64,000 nucleotides of DNA from Octopus sinensis (taxonomy: Eukaryota): assembly GCF_006345805.1 (NCBI RefSeq), contig NC_043000.1:31806001-31870000 (forward strand), written 5' to 3'. Positions 39,501 through 52,982 of the stretch are shown here, one piece after another. The number at the start of each line of letters is the position of its first letter. Within the stretch, counting starts at the first letter, position 1. Below the pieces are notes generated by a model, which worked only from the letters and a program-made list of their open reading frames with translations, was not told where the DNA came from and made no database searches. The position numbers were made by a program, and so were the translations under genes.

Positions 39501-40169
39501 TACTATCAAATATTTCTTTCGAAAATGCAACTGAGAAGAGCTCGGAATATCCGAGACGAATGATAATTAAAGAGATAGATTCAGAAACAAAATTCAACAA
39601 ATTCCCAGATGCAAAATTTTAAACATATTTTTAAAAATACACATACATTAATACAATTTAATACAGCTCAATAGACCGATATATATAAATATATATAAAA
39701 GTACCACAAATAAATATATAGATAAAAAAAAAAACAGATTAAAAGAATATAAAAATGTTCGAGGTGTAAATAAGTAAAACCTTTTTTGGATTCATTAAGT
39801 CAACAATGGGGAAAGTGTCTAAGTCATAAAGTAGCTAAAAAAAAAAGTTCGACAAAGACTTCGTAATTTTGTCACGCATTGGTTTCCTTAAACAGTATAT
39901 TTTGGTGACCAGTGGTTTCCAAACTCTTTCAGATTAACCAACCCGCTGGCTTCCAGGCCACATTCCTAGCCACCACCCCACCAAAAGAAAGAAGCACGCG
40001 CACCAGCCACAAGAAACGAAAATTAAATAAAGAGAAAATAACGCACAGTCGAAACTATTGAAAAGGCTGCAAGACGCAACAAAAATTCTAGGAAAATAAA
40101 GATAAGAAAAGCGTGGAAATTTTACCGGTGAGTGTGTTACTTTATAAAGAGCAAAGTTGAAATGGCTCA

Positions 40170-40830
40170 CAGAATGTGTTCCTAGAGTCTCAGAACTTTC
40201 CAGTCGAGAGATATCCACACCAGTATCCTTCTCTTCTCCACTTTTGCCCGACCCCGCCTTGAATACTGTTGTCCACTGTGGTCTCCCCACACGAAACAAA
40301 GTATCATAAAAGTTGAAGTACTTCAAAGGTCAATTACAAAACAGATAGATGGCAAGACAGTCCTTGACGATTGGGGTCGACTAAAAAAGTTCAAGCTTTA
40401 TTCTGTCCAACGCCGCTGTGAGCGCTACATCATCTGCATGATGTACAAAATATTCCATCAGCATTTACCCAAATGATGTTGGCATCGCTTTTAAGATACA
40501 GCCAAGACTTGAGCCCCATGAGGCTCAAATCTTACTCACTTCACGTAACAACAATACGGCACAATTATTTCACCTCAATTAGCTCCACTCTCTTTAACAT
40601 TACACCCAAACACATTAAAGCAGAAACAGACCCCATAAAGTTCAAGAAGTCGTTGGACAAATTCCTTCAAAAAATCTCGGATAAACCTCCTACACCCGGA
40701 TATGTCTCCATAAACAATAACTCTCTCCTCGAGTGGGCTATGTTGTCCGATTCCTGATTTGAATGACTTTTGCCAGGTGATGCAATTAAGTTAGACATGG
40801 CCTGGGCCAATACTGGCCGAAACCTATCAA
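40170..40830 (+). mobile_element. CR1-like LINE 3' end (second subfamily)
   Basis: LLFSTFARPRLEYCCPLWSPH...RLKKFKLYSVQRRCERYII...FKKSLDKFLQKISDKPPTPGYVSINNNSLLEW*, then a 3' UTR. A short inverted piece of that UTR lies at 43213-43240. Confidence 0.9.
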
Positions 40831-41389
40831 AGTATCACTGTATATACAAAACCACAGACACACATATTTATTTATGTGTACATATAAGTATTCCAACATG
40901 TGTATCAACGGTTTTTCTCCTGAACTGCTTATTCCATTATTACAATCAATATGTACCAACTGTTGTTTTTGTGTGTTAGTCAAAATATATTTTAAAATTG
41001 AGAATTACAGAAATATTATTTGCTGAGTTATTGTGTAACAAAACAGGAAAGTGGACATTTTTTGGTATTATCTATTCACTATTACACGTATTTCACTTGC
41101 TTATGGCAATTATAAACTTAGATAAACTTAGATATGTTTCAACCAAAGATTGGTCCAGAATTACATTTTAAATAAACATGTAAGGAATTCCTTAGCAGAA
41201 ATTCATGACAGCGAGAAAAGTTTTTAGAATACCTGATGAATTTCTCATGGGAAATTCCCGACGAACTTCTAATAGAAAATTGCTTACATGTCTATATAAC
41301 ATATAAATCTTTGTAAATCCTGTCAGCAAATGAATCACGTGTAATGGAGAAGGAATAATACAAAAAAATGTCCATTTTCCTGTTTTGTT

Positions 41390-41411
41390 GTGTGTGTGTA
41401 TGTGTGGTGTG

Positions 41412-41442
<31 letters not shown>

Positions 41443-43262
41443 TGTGTGTGTGTTGTGTCCTTTGTTCTTATTTTCAGCTGAAAAGCAACTTGAAGCAACT
41501 TCTTACAGATCGACTTTTAGGCACTATTTTCTAAACCTGAGAAAAGTAAGTAGGCAAACATTGCGAAACAGTGCTCCCTTTTTTAGTTCCCACTCCCCTC
41601 CCTCCATTTTCGCCCCTCCATTTTCTGCCTGCAGGTACGGTGGGGTACTGCCTTGGGATTGTTATATGCTTGTGTTTCATTTCTCTGCCGAGAAACTTCG
41701 AGGAGACTATCGACGTTTTCTTTGTAAAAATAATTTTTTTAATATACTTAAATGTATCGAGTGATTTGTTATTTAATGATTGGCTGAGGAGTAGTTTTAT
41801 ATATACAAGCGAAGATAACACATACATACATACACACACACTCACACACACACATTTCAACAGAGAGAGAGAGAGAGAGAAAGAAAGAGAAAAGAAGAAG
41901 AAGAAGAAGAAGAAGAAGAAGAAGAAGAAGAAGAAGAAGAAGAAGAAGAAGAAGAAGAAAAAGAAGAAGAAGAAATTTGAAATTTGGAAATGTATGTGTA
42001 TTAGCTATGCGTATATGTATACACACACACACATATGTGTGTGTGTGTGTGTGTAAATATAAATTACACATACATACATATGCACATAAATATATACAAA
42101 TGCAAACATCTATGTGTGCCCGTGCAAATATGTGTTTATGTATGTATGTATGTATGTATGTATGTATGTATGTATGCATGTATGTATTGGTGAGTATTGG
42201 AAAGCATTACGGAATGTCTAATTGCAGCGACCGTAGCATCAAATATGACAAGTACGGTGACTCTGTGTTTATATCAACGCTAGATTGTAATTTGGCAAAT
42301 TGAAAATAGTGTACTCTTCTGTCTAAGCTGGGGCCGGTTTTCTTTCAATCTCTGCTGTTCACTGTATTTATAAGGGTGTGTAACATAAATGAGACTTAAT
42401 AAGAACTTCCAGTACAGTGCATTTGATGGAAAATTACATCTTTTCAGAAATGGAATCTTATTGAAGGATGAAGGTGTGGATGCGATCGAATTAAATCGTG
42501 CAATTTGTGTGTATGTACACATATAAATATACACACATATATATAGATATATATGTATGTGTGTATAGACACACACACACACACACACACATACACACAC
42601 ACACACACAATGCTATAGTTTATTGATTATATATAAATGTTAATGTCACGATAGTATTCAGTAGCTGAAGACAAATTTAATTATAATAATATTTGTGCAC
42701 AGTTAAATATCTAAAATTATTCGTAACAGCGTAATCTAAATACACAAATGTTTTTTTTAAATATATGTCCATATGAAATTCCAAGTTTCATAAGTTACGT
42801 ACACAATCATTAGTGTAGTAAACGGGGTTCTATAGTTTCACGTATATAACTAATTTATAGTAGGACAGTGTTATGCCCTTTTGGAACATGCGATCAAACG
42901 TCACTCCGCAAGTCGAAGAATACTATACAAATGTTTAGGATTCAGTTCATACTACAAAGAATATATGTAAATACATCATCGTTTAAAAGAGTTCTACTTC
43001 GTTAGGAATTGACTAAATATTGAATTCAGTATTGGCGTACCTATAATTCTTTCTTCTTCGTACACACACACCGATATTAGCATGATGATAATGCTTGGTG
43101 TCTTCAGATACAGCCAGGTATATGTATGTGTGTATACATACATACATACATACATACATACATACATACATACATACATACATACATACATACATACATA
43201 CATACATACATTCATGTCTAACTTAATAGCACCACCTGGAATATATATATATATATATATAA
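41390..43262. repeat. Cluster of simple repeats: (TG)n, (CA), (GA), (GAA)n at about 41895-41972, (TATG)n, (CA)n, (TACA)n, (TA)n
   Basis: Directly visible, separated by unique AT-rich DNA. Confidence 0.85.
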
Positions 43263-43336
43263 TCATGTTGAGCCGTTACCCGTACACATTTTTTTCTCTC
43301 TCCGCTTTCTTTTTTTTTCGTTCTTTCTCCGTATTA

Positions 43337-44561
43337 TTTGGTCGTCAAGTATGAAATTTGTAGTAAGGTGTAAGGTAAGTTATATGGTAAACTTTGACAG
43401 CTGCTCATTTTGCGCCTTATAAAGTATTTATAAATTGTTTTTTGTTATTTTTGCTTAGAGATGGCTAAGTCGGAAATTCGTACAGTTTTGAAATGTGAGC
43501 TCTTTCTCGGAACAACAGCATCACAAACAGCTCGAAATATTTATGGAGTATTTCATTCTAATGTTATTACACAGCAGACAGTACTAAATAGGTTTGCAAA
43601 ATTTCGTTCTGGTAATTTTGATTTCACAACTGAGCAGCGTTGCCGACCAAAAACAAAGGTGGATAATGAAAAACTGAAAGCCACCGTCGAGTCAGATCCA
43701 TCTCAAAGTGCTCGTGAATTATCGTTGTTGTTTGGTGTTAGAAAGCAAACAATATTGACTCACCTGATTCAAATCGGTAATGTGAAAAAGTTGGATAAGT
43801 GGGTTCTACATGAACTCAATGAAAACCAGAAACAGCAGCGGTTGGAAGCCTGTATTATGCTACTTTCTCGTCACAAAAATGAATCATTTTTTAATCGAAT
43901 TGTAACATGTGATGAGAAATGGATCCAATACAACAACAGTAAACATACAGCTCAATGGTTGGACAAAGACGAGCCACCAAATTTAAGTCCAAAAAGCAAA
44001 ATTTATCAAAAGAAGCTGATGCTGTGTGTTTGGTGGTCTGGCGCAGGTGTGATCCATTATGATTTCATTAATCCTGACCCATCAATCACGGCCGAAGTAT
44101 ACTGCAGCCAACTGGACCAAAGATGCAGAAACTTACAAAGAAAAAAAACAGCCTAGATTAGTCAACAGATCCACTCCTATTTTATTGCAAGACAACGTCA
44201 GACCACACATCGCAAAAAATTACATTGGCAAAACTACAGAGGTTGGATTTGGAAGTTCTCCATTATCCACCATGCTCACCTGATCTTGCCCCCACTGACT
44301 ACCACTTCTTCCAAAATTTGAATAACTTTTTAGCAGGAAAAAAATTTAATTCCAACGATGCTGTAAAACAGTCTTTCCAAGATTTTATTGCCTCTCGATT
44401 GCCAGGTTTTTACAGTTCCGAGCTGGATAAGCTAGCGCTGAAATGGCAAAGATGTGTTGACAATATGGGTGCATACTTTGATGAATAAAGCTATTCCTTG
44501 TATTTATAAAATATTAGCAAACTTTTTTTCTTTTCTACAAATTTCACACTTGACTACCTAA
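43337..44561 (+). mobile_element. Mariner (DD34D) DNA transposon, full length, transposase with two frameshifts
   Basis: 27-bp TIRs (43337-43363 and 44535-44561, 24/27 match) with TA on both sides. ORFs 43461-44156, 44059-44283 and 44225-44488 join into a transposase with VTCDEKWI, LLQDNVRPH and SPDLAPTDYHFF motifs. Confidence 0.97.
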
Positions 44562-44563
44562 TA

Positions 44564-44703
44564 TCTTCCCTCTAAATCCTTTCTATCGTAGAGCATAGGC
44601 TGGAAACGTCAAAGAGTTTTCCATTCTTCCCAAGCGTTAAACTGATACACCTGCTTGTTGTTGCCTCACCTGCCTTTGTCTTTTGTTTTTTGTAAATTTG
44701 AAC
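44564..44703 (+). mobile_element. Family A element, degenerate 3' part
   Basis: CCTTT-CTATCGT-A-GAGC-ATAG-GCTG-GAAACGTC-AAAG, plus a downstream match to other A copies. Confidence 0.7.
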
Positions 44704-44830
44704 TCTCTCTCATTCTCTCTGTCTCTGTATGCTTCTCCCTCTCCCCCCCCCTCTCTCTCTCACACACTATATGTATATATATATATAACAAAGTTGAGTT
44801 GTGGGGTATCGCACGAGTGGAATTATATAA

Positions 44831-44977
44831 GAAAGAAGGTTTGAAAATGCAATTTAAAAGATGTTTATTTACTTAACCGGTTTCACTCTTTGGAAAAAGA
44901 TTGTCAATCTTTTTCCAAAGAGTGAAACCGGTTAAGTAAATAAACATCTTTTAAATTGCATTTTCAAACCTTCTTTC
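44831..44977. repeat. Perfect palindrome: 73-bp arms, 1-nt spacer
   Basis: 44831-44903 is the exact reverse complement of 44905-44977, checked base by base. Confidence 0.97.
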
Positions 44978-44989
44978 GTATATATATAT

Positions 44990-45020
<31 letters not shown>

Positions 45021-45139
45021 GCAACAACATAGACAACCTTATTTTGTTTTGGGAAGCGTCGAATGTGTATCGTATCGTACAGACTAGTAATATTTAGAAA
45101 GCTGTAGCGCATTCGAAATATCAATTTCTTGTCTGTATG

Positions 45140-45265
45140 ATATATGTGTGTGTGTGCGTGTGTGTGTGTGTGTGTGTGCGTGCGTGTGTGCGTGCGTGTG
45201 TGCGTGCGTGTGTGCGTGCGTGTGTGCGTGCGTGCGTGTGTGCGTGCGTGTGTGCGTGTGTGTAA
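45140..45265. repeat. (TG)/(TGCG) compound repeat
   Basis: Directly visible. (TA)n at 44979-45020 and (CA)n at 45786-45830. Confidence 0.93.
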
Positions 45266-45783
45266 TAAAAGCAAAATTCGGTTGAACAAGATACTTAAAA
45301 TTTAGGCGTCTAGTTAGGTCGGAATAAAATGCACGCACAACGATTATAGATGAACACCAACCTTGGTACAGATGTACTGGCAGAATGATATTCAGGTAAT
45401 GTATACAGTTAATTGTACCCAACAGAGTATATCATCCGCTCTTGACCTATTCAGACATTTTATTAAATATACAGTCCATAGAACACGCGAGGGGCGTGTT
45501 CTCGTATAGATGAATTAAAAATAAATAATAATTAAAGGACAGTTGTCAATCCATTACGACCGTTTCTACCGATTTTTTTTTTCGATTAAGCTAGTAGCAG
45601 AATCATTTAATATGTGTGTCACCGTGGTTTTAAATTATTATAAATGATTATAAATGTCCTTGATTGTCAGATTCATGTATTCAGCCGATGAAAATGGTTT
45701 TTAGAACGATATAATGTACTCATCTATCAATAAAAAAATTCGTTAGAAACTGCTGTAAAGGATTGACACCTCTCCTTCAATTG

Positions 45784-45832
<49 letters not shown>

Positions 45833-45849
45833 TACATATATCATTGTTA

Positions 45850-46130
45850 TGGTTGTCACTCGAGAAAGAGGATGATGGCTTTTTTTATTGTTGTTGAAGG
45901 ATAATGAGACGACTGATAAGCTTAATTCTGGGTCAGAAGTTCCTTCCACAAGTAGGACAGGTGGTTCCGGATGAAAGGTACCTTTCCTGGTCTTGTCTAT
46001 CATTTCTGCGACTCTTCTTTTTTCTTGTCCGGTAGTCCAACTGGTCACAAAAGTCGTTAGTCCCTCTCCGATATTGGATCGCCAGGTTTATCAATCTTGA
46101 TCATTTCTCTCCTTGCTGTCGGTGTCGATA
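45850..46130 (-). mobile_element. RTE-clade LINE 3' end
   Basis: Minus strand WRSNIGEGLTTF...KRRVAE...RK, then (frameshifted) TTCPTCGRNF*PRIKLISRL, the C-terminal finger of RTE ORFs. Confidence 0.7.
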
Positions 46131-46146
46131 TTACATTTTTTGAAAG

Positions 46147-46372
46147 GCGGCGAGCTGGCAGAATCGTTTGCACGCCGGATAAAATGCTTAGTGGCATCTC
46201 GACCGTCCTTACATTCTGAATTCAAATTCTGCTGAGATTGAGTTTACGCTTCAACCCTTCAGGATCAATATCATAAGTATGAATTGAGCACTGGGATCGA
46301 TGTAATCGATATCCCCTCCCCCGAACTTGATGGCTTTGTGCCAATATTTGAAACTATTATTACACTTCTTGA
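46147..46372 (+). mobile_element. SINE family M, tail type B
   Basis: GGCGGCGAGCTGGCAGAATCGTTTGCACGCCGG...TTCAAATTC...GGGATCGATGTAATCGA...CCCCCGAACTTGATGGCTTTGTGCC. Confidence 0.88.
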
Positions 46373-46644
46373 AGTTGGCTTTCCAATACATACATAAATA
46401 CATACACACACACACATATGTGTATGTATGTATATACATACATACATATGACATAAAATGTTTAGTGTAGAGCTGTGTTAGAAGTGTGTAATGGTGGAGA
46501 GTCTAGTTCAACAGTGCTTTGGCAAAGCGAATTATTTTCACCAATCGGTGGAGTGTCTGAAATAATTCAATGCGTTTGGCAGACTCTCCGCACGACACCT
46601 TCAGGTATGACGAAATAATTCAAATAACCAATGTACACACGGAC

Positions 46645-46692
<48 letters not shown>

Positions 46693-47109
46693 ACACCTAT
46701 ACACATGCATGTAGAAATGTCTACGGTCAGCAGCAACAACATGAACATGTTATTTAATCCCGTTGATGTGTATTCACTAACAATGCCTGTTGTTATCTAA
46801 GACTGATATTAGTCAATCGAACCGGATACGCCGAGTCTTATATTATCGGCGACAGTAAGAGAGCTTAATGTGATTATTGGTTATCAGCGATATAATAGAT
46901 GATGCACAGCATGGCAGCAGTATGACAGTAACAGCAGCAGCAGCAGCAGTGGCAGCAGTAGCAGCAGAAGCAGAATGACAAAATACCAATGACATGACTA
47001 ATCACCCGGATGCAACCTAAGTTTCAGCTGAGTCACAGTGGAAGATGACATCAACTACGGAGGTGTTCATGTCAATGTCACATAAAAGAACTTGGGTAAA
47101 TTATCTTTT

Positions 47110-47150
<41 letters not shown>

Positions 47151-48522
47151 AGAGAGAGAGAAAAGAGAGAGTAAACTGCAAAGAGTTTTGGTTTTGGAAG
47201 TACATAAAGAGAAAACGCAGTGACATTCGGAAAAAAAAGTTGTATGTTAGACGTGTAGTATTGGTGTACGTCTTGTGGCATTCCAGGTTCGAGTCCATAT
47301 GAATCCACTTTATCGTTCATTCCTCCAAGAGAAATACAATAAATATCAGGCAAGTAAATGAGGCCGTTAGCTCAACATACCTGTCTTTGTAAAACGTGTA
47401 AAGGTAATGTGAGTGTGTGGGGTGCCAGAATCAGCGCTTCCTCGGTTTTGTCTTTTCATCTTTATGAAATCAATAAAATACATAACTACAAAGAGATCAT
47501 TCAGTTTACCTTTCTTTGTAAAATCTATTCCTGTACTTTGTCAAACAAAATCAATATTTACGTAATCAATAGGTCATCATCCACTGACTGCTGATTAGAA
47601 TCGATAGCAGAATCCCAATTTTCCCTTGCACCTACGGAAAATAGAATGCTGTTTATTTCGGTGACATGCGAACGAATAATTGTCAGTAAGATCACAATAT
47701 TTGCATTGTAGGTAACACGACTGAATAAATTTAGTTATGAATGAGCAGTTCAGTGCTCTGGTTTGAGAGTAAGTAGTTTGTAGCAAGAGGAAGGAATGAT
47801 ATGGAAATTGTTAAAAATCATTACTGGAAGCTATTAGCCGAGAATTATAAGCGAATAAAAGCAGGGAAAGTATTACAAATATCAGAATACATAGTTGCCA
47901 TTACACGGTGTGTGCGTTTGGTTCGGTTGAACAGAGCTCTTTATCGAACCTTCAGTTCTAAAGAGTGCGCAAAGCTCTTGGCTCTAAAATATGATCGAAC
48001 ACAAACAAGATTGCGTGAGAACAATGCTTAAATCCCATAGGAATTCTGTTGAAAATAATTACAAAGGCAGAATACTTTCTAAATTATCAAACATTCATTG
48101 CCATTTTACGCTCTTCGCTATTTGCTCGACAAATATCAATCGCTTTGCTTTGATATTTCAGAATCAAAATACAAACAAAAACGAAAATGGATTATGAAAG
48201 TGTGTCAGTTCAATTTAAGAATGGCTTACAACGATTTGCTTTGTTTTCTTGTTCTAATAGAAGAACGAACGCCGTATTCCACTCACTCAAATCTCTCTTA
48301 TACTCAACACTACCGCCAGCAGCACCACTCGCAGCATTCTTCCTCAGCACTATCACCATACCAGTTTTGTTTTTATTTTCGGAGCCTCCATGTTCGTAGA
48401 ATGAAGAGCCCCACATGAAGTGTCTTCTACTATTGAGATATTCCTCTTTCCTTTCTAAGTTTCAAATCGCACAGCAACCACTTTTGTGCGTTGTCCATTC
48501 TTTAAGACGATAAAAAGAGATT

Positions 48523-48758
48523 ATACCTATTTCTTTACTACCCAGAAGGAGCTAAACACAGAGAGGACAAACAAGGACAGACAAACGGATTAAGTTGATT
48601 ATATCGACCCCAGTGCGTAACTGGTAATTATTTAATCGACCCCGAAAGGATGAAAGGCAAAGTCGACCTCGGCGGAATTTGAACTCACAACGTAACGGCA
48701 GACAAAATACGGCTACGCATTTCGCTCGCCGTGTTAACGTTTCTGCCAGCTCGCCGCC
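48523..48758 (-). mobile_element. Full-length SINE family M, tail type A, with ~17-bp TSD
   Basis: Complete head, body and tail. TAAAAAGA(G/A)ATTATACC at 48511-48527 and 48762-48778. Confidence 0.93.
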
Positions 48759-49494
48759 TTATAAAAAGAAATTATACCGTGGACATAGATTCAAGGCTTT
48801 GAATCAAACTTATAAATTATGTTTTTCTTTTATTCGTGTAGACTCAAACTTAAATCATGTTGGAATATAGCAGAATATAACGCTATACTGATATTTTCAT
48901 TCTTAAATGTCCAAGGAAGGCGAGTAATAGGAACTCCTGATACCGTCAACTGTTTCTTGAAGGTAAATCTAGAACCAATAAGAACAGGACTAAATACAAT
49001 CAAATGGGCAGTCTTGGTTCGATTCCCTCTGTCGTCACCAACACTCAAAGAATGAAATTACTCTTGAATTAGGGCAAGACATGGCTCAACCGAGACTGAA
49101 ATACTTTCTGGATCAATAAAATAGAATTCCAGACAATTATTGGATCGATCGAAACAAAAACCTTGAAACACACAATTGTGCATCTGGAATCCCTTATTAT
49201 TCTTTTATCAGGGCAGTGGTTGTCAGAATTAAGAAAACCCGGTTATAGGGTTTAGTTCTGTAATATTTAGGAATATAATAAATAGTTCGTTTTGTCAACA
49301 AAACAAATGGTACAAATTAAGTATGATTCTGGTGTGGTCATGTGGTTAAGAAGCAGCTTTCACAAGTAACATAGGTTACTTGTCCTATTGTACTGTGAAA
49401 CATTTTCGGGCTACTAACAATGGTGGATGATGAATAAATGGACTGGGATTGGAATTTGATACGTAGAAACCGAGTGGAATCCCATTGCATATAA

Positions 49495-49775
49495 TTGTGT
49501 GTGTGTGTGTGTGTGTATGAGTGTGCGTGTGTGCATGTGTGTGTGTGTGTGCGTATGTGTGTGTGTGTTCGAGTGTGCGTGTGTGTGTTTTCGCGTCTGT
49601 GTGTGCGTGTGTGTGTGTGCGTGTGTGTGTGTGTGTGTGTTGTGTGTGTGTGTGTGGTGTGCGTGTGTGTGCGCGTGTGTGTGTATTGACAGGTAGGTAG
49701 GTAGGTTGGTAGGTGGACGGATGGATGGACAGATAGACAGACGCAGACGCAGACAGATAGATAGGTAGATAACGG
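49495..49775. repeat. (TG)/(TGCG) tract followed by (GGTA)-(GGAT)-(GACA)-(GATA)
   Basis: Directly visible. Confidence 0.93.
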
Positions 49776-51419
49776 TTATTTTTACTGACTGATTTCATAA
49801 TGGCACGTAAACGTGACATTCGTGACTCTGCAGAACTAAAATTCTGTAAGAGACTACATGTTGAACAGATAACTACCTTGAATGAGCAAAACTAGTCTTT
49901 AAGAAAATGCTTACACCGAATCACACGAAGATTCGTCGAAAACAGTTGAATGCTGAAAAATCCGAGATCCAACAAAAACTGCAAACTTTTTGTGAAGCTG
50001 CAACAAATTCATCGGATAATGGTTTACAGCCAGACTTCGAAAGAGAGGTTTATGCCTCCGCTCTCTGTTCTTTGACTTCTGGACCCGTAAACATAAAGAT
50101 TGATTCGATGAAAATAACACAGAAATACTTAAATAACACCAGAATTTGATCAATCCTGATTTACCTTAAAAAGAACATTTGAGGATAGGAATTAATGAAG
50201 AACTAGAAACCAACTTTACAGAGAGAATTGAGGACAATGAAGAGCGCGCAGTCTTTGAATATATTCACAGGTATTCATCTTTGATAAGCAAAAAATAAAT
50301 TTCAAAACAGTGTATACCCTGTTCAGACAGGTATTTGGTGTTCACCAATCAACTACTGCGTACTCATCGGATGGACGATTGTTTTTAAACATAGGTCGAA
50401 AGCCTACTGGCAGAATAGAAAATTGACCGAAAACACAAGAAACACAAAGAAACTAAATGTCGATTAATTTTTTAAGCAATTTATTTTTATTTTAAAAACA
50501 TTATGAATCGATTATTTTTTAAATGAAATATATTTTCAATTTATTCTCAGACACTTTTCTTTATAAGAACGTAATTATGAGAAAAGATGAAACGATTATT
50601 TACATCCAAGATTATACGCCAATATCTCACAGATAATTTTAAATTTCTCTTATTTACATTGTCCAGTTCAACAGTTCGAAATCCTTTTGAGGAAATAATA
50701 CTTTTAAAATTCTTTGGTTCAACATGAGCACCAATTCGTACAAAAACTAACGAGTTTCAACGAGATGTTGTCGACGTATAATGTTGCACACGAGATAAAC
50801 ATATGAATGTCTTGTAGCAATGAAGTCAAAATGTTTACGCAAGGCTTTCATATGATTATTTGTGCAGTCCTGTCTTATAATGTATTCCTCATTCCATACA
50901 AGAAAAAAAGTCCACCATATCGTTCACGACGCCTTTTTCTCGAGGTATAAACTTCCAGAAAAATCTTTTAGAAATGGCTATTACGATAGCTATTGACAGA
51001 GAAAAAACCCCAAAGAAATTGGACATTAACAAATGTTAACACCGGTCATGCTGGCTAAAATGTCATGAGCAATCAACAGGCTATAAAAGCTGATATCAAC
51101 TGGTTTAAAGCCCAATCTGCACTTACCTAAAATTTCAACAAGGCTTTCCAAGAACCATTGTATTCTGTTGAACGGATCTCCCGACATTACCATACATATT
51201 TCCAGGCTTGCTTCTCACAAACTTATGGGGTTTGTTTTTTATCATACCTTTGTTAGCGTTTATATCTTTCACATGCAATCATTGTTTCGAAATATTTCTT
51301 AGAAAAATATTTAAACTATTTAGATTTTGACGAATATTGTTACTTTTCCGCGACTAATATGGTTTCTATCAATTTTTCTTTCACCGAATTTGGTTTTCGA
51401 TCAATGTACTTTCATAATG

Positions 51420-52190
51420 AATTTTCGGGGGGTCTTCAAAACCAGGATGTGGGTGTTGCTACTTCTACTTTTCGTAATTTTTACGAACTGGGTTGACATG
51501 CGCAGCCATTGTGGAAGTAGAATCACAGTTGGTGGATGTAGGATTGGTCGGCTGACAGTTCTTGATGACATGGTGCTACATGGCTCATGAGAACATGATC
51601 TCCAGTATACACTGAATGGGTTCACTGCCGAGGGCTGCAAAGCAGGGAGTGAGAATAAATGTTGCAAATACTGAGACAGCGATTCTCTCAAGAAACTCGC
51701 CCTAGTGCACTCTGCATGTTAGTGAAACATCTTTGAGACAAGTGGAGAAGTTTAAGTATCTTGGGGCTGCATACACGTGTGATGGAAACACAAGAAGCTG
51801 AACTGCAGGCACTGGAAAGGTAATGTACCATCTCCAGCATTTGATCTTCGGGCAAGGAGAGGTTGGTAAAAAAAGCCAAACTCGCTCTCTTCAATTTGGT
51901 TTTCGCACCTATTTTCACCTCTGGTCATGACTGTTGAATAATGACTGAAAGAGTACGATCGCGAATAGAAGCAGTCGGGATGGACTTCCTCTCAAGTATG
52001 TCTGAAGCAACGTTACTCGTCAGGCTGCATAACTCGGAGATTAGGGATTCTCTCCAGGTCGAACCGCTACATCGAGAGATCACAGCTCTGCTACTACAAA
52101 CATCTAATTAAAATGTCGTAAGATGGATTCTTTAAGCTGAACCAACCAGCATGAGATCTACGGATTAACCGGCATGTTGTCGACTATTTC
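51420..52190 (+). mobile_element. RTE-clade LINE RT fragment, heavily degenerate
   Basis: ITVGGCRIGRL...DDMVL...DLQYTLNGF...EKFKYLG...KKAKLALFNLVFAPIFTSGH...IMTERVRSRIEAVGM...SEIRDSLQVEP...ERSQL across frameshifts. Confidence 0.82.
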
Positions 52191-52234
52191 GGCAGAGTTG
52201 GCTGCTGTTTCCTTCTCGCCAAAACTACGTTTCT

Positions 52235-52982
52235 AGCTTCTACTTTAATGCAATTCATTCTACTTACAAAGTTCTCATTTTTCATCAATTTTCTGATCTG
52301 AAGACCATCAAATACTCTATCTTATATTTTTTCACTGCTCATAAATGTGCCACAGATATAGTGAAAGCATGGTCCATCTTAATCCAGAGTTTTAACAAAT
52401 TCCTTCATAATGCCAAGTTTGATATGGAGAGGAGGTAGGGCGATTTTTCTCGGTTGAATCAAAGGCTCTTCAACTTTATTAAAAGACTGGATCTAATGTT
52501 CACGGCAACCATTCTTTGGTCATCCAATGTTTTCCCCTGGCTCTGCTGTCCTCCATACACGAAAAAGCATGGATAATTAATGCATCTACTTTGTGATCCC
52601 AGGAGAAAACTGACCATCTTAAAGTCAACGCATGTCACCCACTTAATGATTGTGGTACTTAATTGTCTCTACAACTGTTTTCACGACTTCATATTTTTCT
52701 GCTAGTTTTGTAGAGTGACTAATTGGAACAGAGGCAAATATATTTCCCTGATGAGGTAGAACAGATTTCAAAATTCTTTTCGAGCTATCAGTAAAAATGA
52801 GTCATTTTTGAAAAAGTGAGAAAAGTGAGGAAAATTGCGAAAATTATAGAGTTTGGTTATCTTAAAATCTAGATGTGATGGTAAAAAAATGGATCCCTTT
52901 TTTGGATTCAGCATATCAAAAGACCTTCAAATCAGGTAAAAATGTCCTGACAGCAAAATACCTGCTGAGTTGTGTTATTGGT
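52235..52982 (-). mobile_element. DNA-transposon transposase relic plus terminal-like sequence (superfamily not assigned)
   Basis: Minus strand IKYHNH..WVTCVDFKMVSFLLGSQ...YPCF...DSRARGKHW..KEW...LPPLHIKLGIMKEFVKTLD...FDGLQIRKL, a motif set I recognise from a widespread metazoan transposase family. Confidence 0.8.

Noticed and set aside
39910-39930. CAGTGGTTTCCAAAC hAT-like terminus
   Set aside because: No matching second terminus or 8-bp TSD found.
45481-45501. GAACACGC-GAGGG-GCGTGTTC hairpin as a Helitron 3' end
   Set aside because: There is no CTRR terminus at the expected distance and no other Helitron feature.
49005-49042. GGTTCGATTCCC...ACCA tRNA 3'-half-like motif
   Set aside because: The T-stem does not pair and no 5' half is present.
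50700-51330. Possible mariner-type non-autonomous relic
   Set aside because: Only a vague resemblance. I could not identify TIRs or catalytic motifs.
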